A DNA stretch of 64,000 nucleotides, taken from positions 401 to 64,400 of the forward strand of contig DASYZL010000022.1 in NCBI GenBank assembly GCA_035946335.1. The letters are read 5' to 3'. Shown here piece after piece: positions 52,892 through 63,085 of this stretch; the stretch's first letter is position 1, and every line of letters begins with the position of its first letter. Origin of the DNA: Patescibacteria group bacterium. GTDB lineage: Bacteria > Patescibacteriota > Microgenomatia > Levybacterales > UBA12049. The notes below the pieces were generated by a model that saw nothing but the letters and a program-made list of their open reading frames with translations, was not told where the DNA came from and ran no database searches. Position numbers and translations under genes: made by a program.

Positions 52892-55123
52892 TTACGTTCG
52901 CGGCCAAGGTTGAATAATTAATGGCTTTTCTCCCATATACAATCGCTGGTAAATTTCTTCTGTTACAAACGGCATAAAAGGATGAAGAAGCGTAATAATA
53001 GTAAGATATAGAGAAACAAGTACAGTAAAACTTTCTTGTGTTACCCTTTTCTTCACATCTTCAATATATATATCGGCAAATTCGTGCCATGAGAATTCAT
53101 ACAGGCGCTCTGCAGCAAGGTTAAATTGATATTTTTCTATGTATCGGGTGATTTCTTGAGAGAACTTTTTTGTTTTATCGAGTATATGCTTATCATTAAG
53201 GTCTGTTGCTGAAAGATCCTTTATCTCTTTTACTGCTATCTGCAATGTTGTATCCTGTTGCATTTTGAACTCAATAAATCGTGCCATATTCCATAATTTA
53301 TTGGTAAATTTCCGCGCTGCTTCCAGTTTTGGATATGAGAGAATTTGGTCACTTCCCGTAGCGTTCCCGTAAATTAAGGCGAAACGTACTGCATCTGCTC
53401 CATATTGATCAGCAAGTTCCAACGGATTCACGACATTCCCCTTCGACTTACTCATTTTCTTTCCATATGGATCATTAACAATCCCATGTACTAATACATG
53501 GTGAAAAGGAACTGCTGCTGGCGTTATATAGATTCCTAGCATAACCATTCTACTCACCCATGCTTTTAAAATATCGTATGCTGTTTCCAGAACAGCTGTG
53601 GGATAAAACTTTTCAAAATCACCTTGCTTGCTGGTTTTTAACGTAACGAAAGGCCATTGGCCGGATGAAAACCAAGTATCAAACGTATCTGTTTCAGGCA
53701 GATATTTTTTTTCTTTCTCTTTTTGCTCCTCAAATACTGCTGTTGCCGAAATCGGTGCGATAACGCGTTGCAAACCTTTTACTATCTCTTCCCAACCAAA
53801 ACCTTTATCCAGTAATTCCTGTAAGTTTCCTTGCCGATGATTGCTTTGTTGGTCAATGAATGAAACAGTAAAGCGTTGTGCGTCGTTGACTTCATACCAC
53901 ACAGGAATCTGGATGCCCCAGACATTTTGCCTGCTGATATTCCAATCACGGAGATTCTCAAGCCATTGAAAGTAAGGTTGCTCAAAGTTTTTTGGAAAGA
54001 TTTGTATCCTGCCTTCCCGTACAACTGCTATCGCTTTTTGTTTTAATGTTTGCACATTTACATACCACTGTTCCAGAGGAAGCGGTTCTAAAACAGTTTT
54101 ACACTTATAGCAAATGCCTACTCTATGCATGTAATTCGTATCTATTTTTTCAATGAGTCCTTTCTTTTGCATTTGTGCAACAACTGCTTCCCGTGCTTTC
54201 TTGACAGACATTCCTGCAAATTCTCCTGCACATTCATTCATTTTTCCATCAAAGCCGATCACCTGTTTCATCGGTAACTGATGTCGTTTACCTACCTCGT
54301 AATCATTAAAATCATGAGCTGGAGTTATCTTAACAACACCTGTGCCAAACTGCGGATCAACATACTCATCAGCAATCACTTTCATTTTCACTTTACCTGA
54401 AACAGTTTCTATCTCAATTTCCTTTCCAATATATTTTTTATATCGTTTGTCGTTCGGGTTGACTGCAACGGCAGTATCACCAAACTTTGTTTCAGGACGG
54501 GTTGTCGCGAGAATTAACGGTCCGTATTTGATGTAATACAATGGGTCCTGCCGCTCTTCATAGCTCACTTCAAGATCAGAAAACGACGTGCCGTCTTTCG
54601 TGCAGTAATTCACTAAACGATAATCCCGATAGATAATGCTCTCATCATACATCTTACGGAATGTTTGTTTGACAAGGGTAACAATGCGCGGATCAAGTGT
54701 ATATTTCTCTCTTGTCCAATCCAAAGAGTAACCAAGACGACGAAGTTGTATTTCAATCCCACCACGATTCTCATCAACATATGCCTTGATGAGGTCATAC
54801 AATTCCACTCTTGAGTAGTCAAAACGGGACTTTCCTGACTTTGCAAGTTGTTTCTCAAACACAAACTGTGTTTCTATACCTGCATGGTCTGTTCCGGGAA
54901 GCCACAGAGCAGCTTCCCCCATCATCCGGTGATAACGGATGAGAATATCTTCAACAGTGAACATAGCGTGACCGAAATGCAAAGCTCCATTTGCATTTGG
55001 CGGAGGGAGAACAATACAATATGGTTTTCCCGTAGGATGTATTTCCGGCTGAAAATACTTTCCGTTCTCCCACATACGGTAGGTCTTTTCTTCAATTTTT
55101 TTATGATCGTAAACTTTATCCAT
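52892..55123 (-). CDS. valS: Valine--tRNA ligase (short form)
   Basis: PPPNANGALHFGHA (HIGH), WLPGTDHAGIETQ, KMSKSKGN; 743 aa, apparently without the long C-terminal coiled coil. Confidence 0.82.
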   Translation of the reverse strand: MDKVYDHKKIEEKTYRMWENGKYFQPEIHPTGKPYCIVLPPPNANGALHFGHAMFTVEDILIRYHRMMGEAALWLPGTDHAGIETQFVFEKQLAKSGKSRFDYSRVELYDLIKAYVDENRGGIEIQLRRLGYSLDWTREKYTLDPRIVTLVKQTFRKMYDESIIYRDYRLVNYCTKDGTSFSDLEVSYEERQDPLYYIKYGPLILATTRPETKFGDTAVAVNPNDKRYKKYIGKEIEIETVSGKVKMKVIADEYVDPQFGTGVVKITPAHDFNDYEVGKRHQLPMKQVIGFDGKMNECAGEFAGMSVKKAREAVVAQMQKKGLIEKIDTNYMHRVGICYKCKTVLEPLPLEQWYVNVQTLKQKAIAVVREGRIQIFPKNFEQPYFQWLENLRDWNISRQNVWGIQIPVWYEVNDAQRFTVSFIDQQSNHRQGNLQELLDKGFGWEEIVKGLQRVIAPISATAVFEEQKEKEKKYLPETDTFDTWFSSGQWPFVTLKTSKQGDFEKFYPTAVLETAYDILKAWVSRMVMLGIYITPAAVPFHHVLVHGIVNDPYGKKMSKSKGNVVNPLELADQYGADAVRFALIYGNATGSDQILSYPKLEAARKFTNKLWNMARFIEFKMQQDTTLQIAVKEIKDLSATDLNDKHILDKTKKFSQEITRYIEKYQFNLAAERLYEFSWHEFADIYIEDVKKRVTQESFTVLVSLYLTIITLLHPFMPFVTEEIYQRLYMGEKPLIIQPWPRT

Positions 55124-55164
55124 TTTTGCAATTCTAACACACTGGGTGTAAATCGGGCAATGGT

Positions 55165-56487
55165 ATGATACATAAGCATCTATTGTCCCTTTCGGAAATT
55201 CGCAGTATACTTTTTTCTATTCTTATGGAAAATAACCCTTGGATACGAGCACAGAAACAACTGGAAAAAATTGCAAAACAAATACATCTTACGCCACTTC
55301 TTCTTGCAAGACTTAGTCAACCGGACAGAGAAATTACCGTTTCGCTACCAATCAAAATGGATAACGGAGACATTAAAATATTTACCGGCTATCGCATACA
55401 ACATAATAACATTCTTGGTCCATATAAAGGAGGTCTTCGCTATCACCCAAAAGTCAACATGGATGAGGTGCTGGCACTTGCTTTTTGGATGAGCATGAAA
55501 TGCGCTGTTGTTGACATCCCGATGGGAGGGGGTAAAGGAGGAATCACCGTTAATCCAAAAGAACTGTCAGAACGGGAGTTACGTACTTTGTCAAAACTTT
55601 TTACCCAACGCCTCGCTACTGCTATCGGCCCGACAATTGATGTTCCCGCGCCTGATGTCAATACCAACCCGAAAATTATCAGTTGGATTGCTGACGAATA
55701 CAGCAGCATTGTTGGTAAATATACTCCTGCTGTTATCACAGGAAAACCTATAAGCAAGGGTGGCTCCCAGGGACGGACAGAGGCAACAGGGCTTGGCGGC
55801 TGGTACGTGTTGCACACGTTACTAAAAAAACTAAAGCAACACCCAAAACAGTTGACAGCTGCTGTACAGGGATTTGGTAATGTCGGTTACTATATTGCAA
55901 CGTATCTTGCAAAGAATGGCATACAAGTTATTGCTGTCTCGGATTCAAAAGAAGGTATTTATGTTCGGGAAGGTTTAAATCCGAAAATGACATTGGAGTG
56001 CAAGCAAAAAAAAGGATATTTGTCAGGATGCTATTGCGTCGGGTCAGTGTGTGACTTGAATAAAGGAAGAAAAATCACCAATGAGCAATTACTTGAGCTT
56101 CCTGTTGATATTCTTGTCCCGGCTGCACTAGAAAATGTTATTACCAAAGAAAACGCAGATAAGATACAAGCAAAAATTATTCTGGAAATGGCAAACGGTC
56201 CGATCACCGCAGAAGCAGATGTTGTGCTTACAAAGAAAAACACTATTGTTATTCCTGATATTCTTGCAAATGCAGGAGGCGTGTGTACTTCGTATTTTGA
56301 GTGGTATCAGAATATGCATAATGAAATATGGAGCAAAAAAGAAGTGTTTGAAAAACTGGAGAAACAATTAGTCAGAGTAGCCAGCGAGGTTTACCAGACG
56401 GGTAAAAAAAACAATATATCACTCCGTGATGCTGCATATACAGTAGCATTAAAGCGTATTCAAAAACACTGGCATAAAGAAAAATAA
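55165..56487 (+). CDS. gdhA: Glutamate dehydrogenase
   Basis: GPYKGGLRYHP, catalytic MGGGKGG and NAD(P)-binding QGFGNVGYY; the real start may be the Met at 55225. Confidence 0.85.
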   Translation: MIHKHLLSLSEIRSILFSILMENNPWIRAQKQLEKIAKQIHLTPLLLARLSQPDREITVSLPIKMDNGDIKIFTGYRIQHNNILGPYKGGLRYHPKVNMDEVLALAFWMSMKCAVVDIPMGGGKGGITVNPKELSERELRTLSKLFTQRLATAIGPTIDVPAPDVNTNPKIISWIADEYSSIVGKYTPAVITGKPISKGGSQGRTEATGLGGWYVLHTLLKKLKQHPKQLTAAVQGFGNVGYYIATYLAKNGIQVIAVSDSKEGIYVREGLNPKMTLECKQKKGYLSGCYCVGSVCDLNKGRKITNEQLLELPVDILVPAALENVITKENADKIQAKIILEMANGPITAEADVVLTKKNTIVIPDILANAGGVCTSYFEWYQNMHNEIWSKKEVFEKLEKQLVRVASEVYQTGKKNNISLRDAAYTVALKRIQKHWHKEK

Positions 56488-56504
56488 TTTGCTATAACTA
56501 AATT

Positions 56505-57410
56505 ATGCAATCATCTCCTGTTATTATTCCTCTGGATGTACCAAAAGATAAAAGAAAAAAATACCTTCATAATTATGAACTCGTAACGCACAGAACAGGA
56601 CGGTTGATGCTTCTTGCAGGAGATCAGAAAGTGGAACACCTAAATGATGATTTTTATGGAGAAAGCATTGCTTCAGATGACAATAATCCGGAACATCTTT
56701 TCCGCATTGCTAACAAAGCTCGCATTGGCGCATTTGCAACGCAGCTTGGCCTTATTGCCCGATATGGGATGGACTACCCGAAGATTCCATATATTGTTAA
56801 ATTGAATGCAAAAACAAATCTGGTAAAGACGATGCAAAAAGACCCGCAGAGCTCATTATGGTATAAGGTTGAAGAAATTGAACGGTTTCAAAAAAACAGC
56901 GACCTGCATATAGCAGGAGTAGGGTATACAATCTACCTGGGGAGTGAATATGAATCAGACATGCTCCATCAGGCAGCATGTCTGACATACTGGGCACATC
57001 AGTATGGTATGCTTTCTATTATCTGGGGCTACGCCCGCGGCAGAGCAGTAAAAAATGAAAAGGATGCTCACCTTATCGCAGGAGCAGCTGGCGTTGCTGC
57101 CTGTTTGGGAGCAGACTTTGTGAAAGTGAATCACCCACACGCGGAAAATTCCGCCACAGCTTTAAAAGAAGCAGTGGCAGCAGCCGGACGGACCAAGCTG
57201 ATTTGTGCCGGTGGAAAAGAAGAAAATGCACAGACATTTTTTCAAACCCTCCATGATCAACTACATATTGCAAATACATCAGGCAGCGCAACAGGACGGA
57301 ACATTCACCAGCGCCCTCTTGATGAAGCAATACGGTTTACCAATGCAATTGCCTCCCTTACTTTTGACGCTGTCAGTGTTACTGAAGCAATGCGCATCTA
57401 CCATGAATAA
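56505..57410 (+). CDS. Class I fructose-bisphosphate aldolase, DhnA/FbaB-type (or ADH synthase-like)
   Basis: TIM-barrel aldolase pattern with the Schiff-base Lys region GADFVKVN; 301 aa. Confidence 0.55.
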   Translation: MQSSPVIIPLDVPKDKRKKYLHNYELVTHRTGRLMLLAGDQKVEHLNDDFYGESIASDDNNPEHLFRIANKARIGAFATQLGLIARYGMDYPKIPYIVKLNAKTNLVKTMQKDPQSSLWYKVEEIERFQKNSDLHIAGVGYTIYLGSEYESDMLHQAACLTYWAHQYGMLSIIWGYARGRAVKNEKDAHLIAGAAGVAACLGADFVKVNHPHAENSATALKEAVAAAGRTKLICAGGKEENAQTFFQTLHDQLHIANTSGSATGRNIHQRPLDEAIRFTNAIASLTFDAVSVTEAMRIYHE

Positions 57411-57807
57411 AACACTCATTGATAAACTTGCCTACATTGAAATTAAAAATAAAAAGCTTCTTGTCACGTTAAGTCGCGGAAAGGACACATGGTATATTCC
57501 CGGTGGCAAACGGGAGCAGGATGAAACAGATAAACAAGCGCTTATTCGCGAAGTGAGAGAAGAGTTAACCGCACATTTACTTGCAGATAGTGTAACAAAA
57601 TATGGTGTGTTTGAAGCACAGGCACACGGTAAACCAGAAGGAACAATTGTCCGCATGATCTGCTATATGGCAAAGTACTCCGGAAACTTACAGCCAAGTT
57701 CAGAAATAGAGCGGATTGCATATTTTCATTACGGACAAAAGCATGCATGCTCTCCTGTTGATCACTTGATTTTTGATGATTTGAAGAAAAAAGAATTAAT
57801 AGATTAG
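57403..57807 (+). CDS. NUDIX hydrolase
   Basis: Nudix box GGKREQDETDKQALIREVREELT. Start ATG 57403 overlaps the aldolase stop by 8 bp; the upstream part of the track ORF is another frame of the aldolase gene. Confidence 0.72.
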   Translation: MNKTLIDKLAYIEIKNKKLLVTLSRGKDTWYIPGGKREQDETDKQALIREVREELTAHLLADSVTKYGVFEAQAHGKPEGTIVRMICYMAKYSGNLQPSSEIERIAYFHYGQKHACSPVDHLIFDDLKKKELID

Positions 57808-57852
57808 TTTGTTTCCCTTGCAATTTCTCTAAAAACTCCTTACGCTACGTAT

Positions 57853-59043
57853 ATGCTCATCTCCTCTATTGCACATGCGCATATTCGTAATAAGAGAGTG
57901 TTAGTCCGCGTTGATTATAATGTCAGTTTAACAGACAAGGGAAAAATTGCAGATGATGTTCGAATTAGCCAAACAATCCCAACGATAAAATTGCTTTTAA
58001 AAAATCACAATAGGCTTATTCTTATTTCCCATCTTGGGGAGCCAAAAAACCGTGATCCGAAATTTTCCCTCCATCCTGTTGCAAAAGATCTGCAAGAGTA
58101 CTTCCCTTCTCATAAAATTATTTTTGTTGATGATTTTCTTTCTGAAAAGGGCAAAAAACAACTCACAAGACAAAAACGCGATGAAATTCTTCTTTTGGAA
58201 AATGTGCGTTTTTATCCTGGAGAAAAAGCCAACAACATAACCTTCGCAAGACAACTTGCAACGCTTGCTGATATCTATGTCAATGATGCATTTGGTGTTA
58301 GCCATAGAAAGGATGCCTCCGTAGTGAGTCTTCCAAAACTCCTCCCCCACTTTGCAGGACTGTTAATGGAAAAAGAAGTGCAAGCAATTGGATTGATTTT
58401 AAACAGCCCGAAGAAACCGGTTGTCGCCATTATCGGAGGAGCAAAAGTATCTACGAAGATCCCCCTCTTGTATAAGCTTACAGAAATCGCAGATTACTTG
58501 TTATTGGGTGGTGGTATCGCAACAACATTTTTGTATACTCAAGGATTTGAAATAGGAAAAAGTTTCTTTGAGAAAGATCAGAAGCAAGAAGTTAAAAAAA
58601 TTCTCGTTCACGCAAGAAATAAAAAAACAATAATCCTTCTCCCAAGGGACACAATTTGCGCAAGCGCAAAAGACGCAACAGATACAACAGAGATTGCAAT
58701 AAACCACCTTCCAAAGGAGAAAATCATAACAGATATTGGATCAGAAACAGAGGCAATTTTTGGCAATATTATTGCACAAGCCAATACTATTGTTTGGAAC
58801 GGGCCGGTTGGCTATACTGAGTATCCATTGTACTCCCGGGGTACGGAGTTTTTGTATTATGCAATTACACAAAATCCACATTGTTATTCTGTCGTCGGTG
58901 GTGGCGATACATTAGCGGCAATTTCAAAGAAAGAATACGTTGAAAAAATTTCTCATATTTCAACTGGCGGTGGCGCGATGTTGGAGTTTATTGAAAAAGG
59001 AACTTTGCCAGGAATAGAGGCATTGAAAGAAAAGTATTTGTAA
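57853..59043 (+). CDS. pgk: Phosphoglycerate kinase
   Basis: KRVLVRVDYNV at the N-terminus and ISTGGGAMLEFIEKGTLPGIEAL at the C-terminus. Confidence 0.9.
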   Translation: MLISSIAHAHIRNKRVLVRVDYNVSLTDKGKIADDVRISQTIPTIKLLLKNHNRLILISHLGEPKNRDPKFSLHPVAKDLQEYFPSHKIIFVDDFLSEKGKKQLTRQKRDEILLLENVRFYPGEKANNITFARQLATLADIYVNDAFGVSHRKDASVVSLPKLLPHFAGLLMEKEVQAIGLILNSPKKPVVAIIGGAKVSTKIPLLYKLTEIADYLLLGGGIATTFLYTQGFEIGKSFFEKDQKQEVKKILVHARNKKTIILLPRDTICASAKDATDTTEIAINHLPKEKIITDIGSETEAIFGNIIAQANTIVWNGPVGYTEYPLYSRGTEFLYYAITQNPHCYSVVGGGDTLAAISKKEYVEKISHISTGGGAMLEFIEKGTLPGIEALKEKYL

Positions 59044-59184
59044 AACTACATTAGCGATAATGTAAGTATTTTGTACTTACAGCTCCACTAAAAACAGCGA
59101 ACACTTTGATCTTCTTACTATTTTATGTGAACGAAAACAGAGCAAATCCTTCATCATCGTTGTATATAAATGCGAAGATAATAA

Positions 59185-59946
59185 TTGCTTACTTTTTCAA
59201 ACCATCTGTATAATATCTGCTATAATCGTTGTATGCAACCGACGAAAGCATACGCTCAGAAGATTTTTCATCTGTTAAAAGTTCACTATCCAGACGCAAA
59301 AATGATTCTGCGATGGAGTGATAATTTTGAGTTACTCACTGCAGTTATTCTTTCGGCGCAGTGTACTGATAAAAAAGTCAATGAGGTAACGACTGTTCTA
59401 TTTCCGAAGTATAAAAAATACCGGAATGAATGTAGAAGTTTTTACGAGCACTATCAACAAAACATAAAACTACCCAAAGATGAATTGATTGAACTTGTAA
59501 ACTTTGCGTTTGTTCCAATAGAAGAACTTGAAAGAGACATCAAATCAACAGGTTTTTATAAAGCGAAAGCAAAGAGTGTTCGGGGGGCAGCAAAGAAAGT
59601 ATTGGATGTATTCCATGGCATTTTGCCGAAATCAATTACAGAATTGACTGCTATTCCTGGTGTTGGCAGAAAAACTGCGAATGTCTTTTTAGGAAACGCG
59701 TATCATATCTCAGAGGGTATTGCTGTTGACACTCATGTAAAAAAGCAGGCAAAACTACTCGGACTCACTAGCAATACTGAACCGGATAAAATAGAACAGG
59801 ATTTAATGAAGCTCTTTCCAAAAGAGCAATGGTTTCCGCTCACCTATCTCTTGATTGAGCATGGAAGAAATATGCGAAGAAAAAAGGAAGATCGTGTATC
59901 TTGCAAGATATCGGATTGCTTACTATGCAATGCTGAGGAAAAATAA
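59185..59946 (+). CDS. nth: Endonuclease III (HhH-GPD with Fe-S region)
   Basis: LTAVILSAQCTDKKVN, LPGVGRKTANVFLGNAY, and a C-terminal Cys cluster CKISDCLLC. Confidence 0.82.
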   Translation: MLTFSNHLYNICYNRCMQPTKAYAQKIFHLLKVHYPDAKMILRWSDNFELLTAVILSAQCTDKKVNEVTTVLFPKYKKYRNECRSFYEHYQQNIKLPKDELIELVNFAFVPIEELERDIKSTGFYKAKAKSVRGAAKKVLDVFHGILPKSITELTAIPGVGRKTANVFLGNAYHISEGIAVDTHVKKQAKLLGLTSNTEPDKIEQDLMKLFPKEQWFPLTYLLIEHGRNMRRKKEDRVSCKISDCLLCNAEEK

Positions 59947-59974
59947 CTAACTGACTTTCCATTGTTATGCCTCT

Positions 59975-62656
59975 TCACGGATTTGAGAAGGTTACAGTAA
60001 TTGTTTTATCCTGATCAAAAGCAAACGCCCCGGTCAACGTATTTTCATTTCTTGACATACCAGCAGGAATACCCAATGGCTTTGCTGTTTTTGGATAAAC
60101 GAGAGAAAATGTGTATGGATATGAAAGTGCTCCTGGTTGCTTAAAGAGTAAAGCGCTGTAGGTAAAAGCAGGTTGCGACATAACAAATGTTTGAGGTATA
60201 TCATAATGAATGACAATGGTGTTTGTTTGATTTGTGGGAACGGTAACAAGAAATCCGTAGATTGTTTTTCCCTCTTCGCCTGTTCGTTCTGTCTCCAAAC
60301 CAATTGGAGCCTGAAACCCGGGAGCCTCATACACTGCTGGATTTGTTACCGCTGCCACCAATCGTTGATCGATTCCATTAATAATAACTGAACGAAGTAT
60401 TGCATTTTCCGGCAGAATGAATCGGAGATAGTTTTTATATGGTCCTCCAGGCCAGTTTCCGTTATTCGTATTCGTATACGTGACAGTCAGTTGCGCGGAA
60501 ACACTACCTGAAGGAGCTATTGTCACCTGTTGAGCAACAGATCGTTTCAGGAAGTAGTTGTCTTTATTCACGCCAATATTTGCCTCATTAATACCGGTAA
60601 AATCGTTTACCCTGTTCTGATTCGATGGTCGTGGATCCCAGAGGGATGAAGATAAGTCATTTACCGTTAATGCATCTTGCACAAATGGGTCTGCATCTGC
60701 AAAAAGAATATGTTTTTCCTGTATGCTCATCGTTATCATTTGTATGATGCCAAAAGGTGATACATGTTTTATCTTTAATGATTCCTGAAGTGCAATAAAC
60801 AATGCTTGTAAAAAGTCCTGTTTCTGCGTTGAGCCGGCAAAGGTGTTTTTTTCCGCGTGTTTTTCGGTGAGGAGAAAAAAGTTTTCTGCCGTGACCGTTT
60901 GATTATATTGGGGTATATACACTGGGCCAACAGCTGTAATGAGCTGTTGCACAAATGATAAGTCAATTGCGATAACACCATCAACCTGTTGATTTGTTTC
61001 TTCTTTGAGAAAAAACGCGGCATCAGCAGCCGATTTTGCAAAATCAACATCAAATCCGCTATCACGTAAATACCAGTGCACAAGCGGTATATATCGCCGG
61101 ATCACAAACGGTGGCTCAATATGACCTTTCAATTGCCCGTCTGCATCATAAACATTATGAATACTCATATCACTTATCTTCCCCTTGTCCATTGCCATAA
61201 TGGCGTATGATCCGATAAAACCCCCGCTAGGACGTAATTCCATGTTGTTTTGGAAAAGAATAAGATATGTTTGTTTTTTATTCACCCCAAGCAACTGTGG
61301 CAAGAGGGGACTTGTATTGGTAAGGAGAGGTTCTACGGACTGCATTGCAGCTACGTCAGCGGAAGGTATGCGAAAAAAGGAAGGAATATGCATTTGCTCA
61401 AAAGACAGTAGTGCACTTTGCAATGCACCAATACCATCTTGCAATGTCGCTCCTGGCGTCCATGATGTTCCGTTTGTTGCAGTAGTATAATCTTCTCCTG
61501 CAATAGCAAATAATTTTACAGTTCTGGCAAGTTGCATCTGATTTACAAGCATATTCTTGATACTGGTAACGATGGCACCTTCTCCCAAAATTTCAAGAAC
61601 AGAAAATACAGATGTACTACTTGTTTGAGTAAAGGTAAAAAAATTTTCTGAGGCCTGGGCAACAGATATTCCCTGGTAAAATTGCTGTTGAGAAAGCAAT
61701 CTGGGTAATTGACTCAAAAGAAATATGCCGAAAAATTCACTGAAAATAGGCAGCAGAACAAGAAAAAGGAAACAGCTGAGGAAAACCCATAGTTTATATT
61801 TCCAAGTAAAAACCTTTTTCTTGACTGTTGTAGACGTTGATGCAGGAAAAAATGCTTCCGGGGTTGTTTCTTTTCTGTCTTTTTTTTCTATTTGTCCATC
61901 CTGCCGGTATCGATGGAATGCGTGGATAATAGTAGCGAGAGAAGTTTCTTGTTTGGCAAGATAAATTCCATTCCTGGAAGGAGATAGATCAGATTGGTTT
62001 TCTTCTGAAAAGTCTATCTTTAACATTGGGTCTGCTTTTTGCAATACATGCGCAATTGCGAGAAATGTAAAAGGATGGTTGGAAAAGGCATAAGCAATTT
62101 TTGTTCGCCCTGTTCCAAACCCAACGTGCAAAATCGCTTCAATTGTTTCCTGGAAACTGACTGGGTAAACAGAACCAACTCCCGTATTCGGTAAGATGAT
62201 AGTTGCATTTTGTTTTGCATAATAAAACAACTTCTGTATTTGACCCTTATTCTTTTCATCGTATATATCTCCTGTTACAACAATCGAAGACAAAACGCCG
62301 TCCTTATGTATTGTTTCTGAAAGATGTGTCGAATATACCTGACGGTCGCAAACAAAAATAAATCTCCCGTTTGTTGCGTGAGCCTTTGTGAGTAATGGCT
62401 CAACAAGCGTTTCTGGTGTTTGTGTATCTGCAATAAAAAATATATGGGAGTAATTTCCATCAGGAATTTGCGGAATATCTCCCTCAAAAGGTACATGAAT
62501 GACGCTTTCATTTGCAGGAGGAGTATGCGAAACCATGACAACAGTCATTTCATCAACCATTCTTTCTGCAAGAAAATCCGAAAATCGTTTTTTTCTATCA
62601 ATAATTAAAACAATATATTCTTGATCTTTTTGCTGCGTAACAACGTGAAGTGGCAT
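59975..62656 (-). CDS. DUF4012-domain membrane protein with N-terminal cytoplasmic domain
   Basis: TM near residue 290 followed by LILFQNNMELRPSGGFIGSYAIM...HNVYDADGQL, which is typical of DUF4012; 893 aa. Confidence 0.6.
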   Translation of the reverse strand: MPLHVVTQQKDQEYIVLIIDRKKRFSDFLAERMVDEMTVVMVSHTPPANESVIHVPFEGDIPQIPDGNYSHIFFIADTQTPETLVEPLLTKAHATNGRFIFVCDRQVYSTHLSETIHKDGVLSSIVVTGDIYDEKNKGQIQKLFYYAKQNATIILPNTGVGSVYPVSFQETIEAILHVGFGTGRTKIAYAFSNHPFTFLAIAHVLQKADPMLKIDFSEENQSDLSPSRNGIYLAKQETSLATIIHAFHRYRQDGQIEKKDRKETTPEAFFPASTSTTVKKKVFTWKYKLWVFLSCFLFLVLLPIFSEFFGIFLLSQLPRLLSQQQFYQGISVAQASENFFTFTQTSSTSVFSVLEILGEGAIVTSIKNMLVNQMQLARTVKLFAIAGEDYTTATNGTSWTPGATLQDGIGALQSALLSFEQMHIPSFFRIPSADVAAMQSVEPLLTNTSPLLPQLLGVNKKQTYLILFQNNMELRPSGGFIGSYAIMAMDKGKISDMSIHNVYDADGQLKGHIEPPFVIRRYIPLVHWYLRDSGFDVDFAKSAADAAFFLKEETNQQVDGVIAIDLSFVQQLITAVGPVYIPQYNQTVTAENFFLLTEKHAEKNTFAGSTQKQDFLQALFIALQESLKIKHVSPFGIIQMITMSIQEKHILFADADPFVQDALTVNDLSSSLWDPRPSNQNRVNDFTGINEANIGVNKDNYFLKRSVAQQVTIAPSGSVSAQLTVTYTNTNNGNWPGGPYKNYLRFILPENAILRSVIINGIDQRLVAAVTNPAVYEAPGFQAPIGLETERTGEEGKTIYGFLVTVPTNQTNTIVIHYDIPQTFVMSQPAFTYSALLFKQPGALSYPYTFSLVYPKTAKPLGIPAGMSRNENTLTGAFAFDQDKTITVTFSNP

Positions 62657-62674
62657 TACTTCTATTGTAGAAGA

Positions 62675-63085
62675 TTACAGGAGATTGTCTAGCGCCTGAT
62701 TCACCATGCGGTCTGCTTCTTTGTTTTTTTCCCGGGGAATATGAGAATAGGTAACGGGAATGCCGAGTTGCTGCTCTAGCTGCTTTGCTTTTGCAAAAAG
62801 AGGAATCATATTCGGGTGTTTTACCTGGAAAACTCCATTCATTTGATTGCAGACAAGCTTAGAATCCATAAAGAACTGTATTGCGGTAATATGTTGTTGA
62901 TGAAGGAGGAGCCATTGCATTGCTTCAATCACGGCGGTATATTCTGCAACATTATTCGTAGTTATCCCAAGCTGTATACCAAATTTTGCAAGTTCCTTGC
63001 CATCTTCAGAAACAACATAGATGCCACTGGCTGCAGGGCCAGGATTACCGCGGGAACCACCATCAGTAAATATATGAATAATCAT
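62675..63085 (-). CDS. rnhA: Ribonuclease HI
   Basis: IFTDGGSRGNPGPAASG...NNVAEYTAVIEAM...EKNKEADRM. Confidence 0.9.
   Translation of the reverse strand: MIIHIFTDGGSRGNPGPAASGIYVVSEDGKELAKFGIQLGITTNNVAEYTAVIEAMQWLLLHQQHITAIQFFMDSKLVCNQMNGVFQVKHPNMIPLFAKAKQLEQQLGIPVTYSHIPREKNKEADRMVNQALDNLL

Noticed and set aside
59060-59080. Hairpin GTAAGTA-TTTTG-TACTTAC after pgk as a rho-independent terminator
   Set aside because: The stem is AT-rich and not followed by a U-tract, which is too weak to call.
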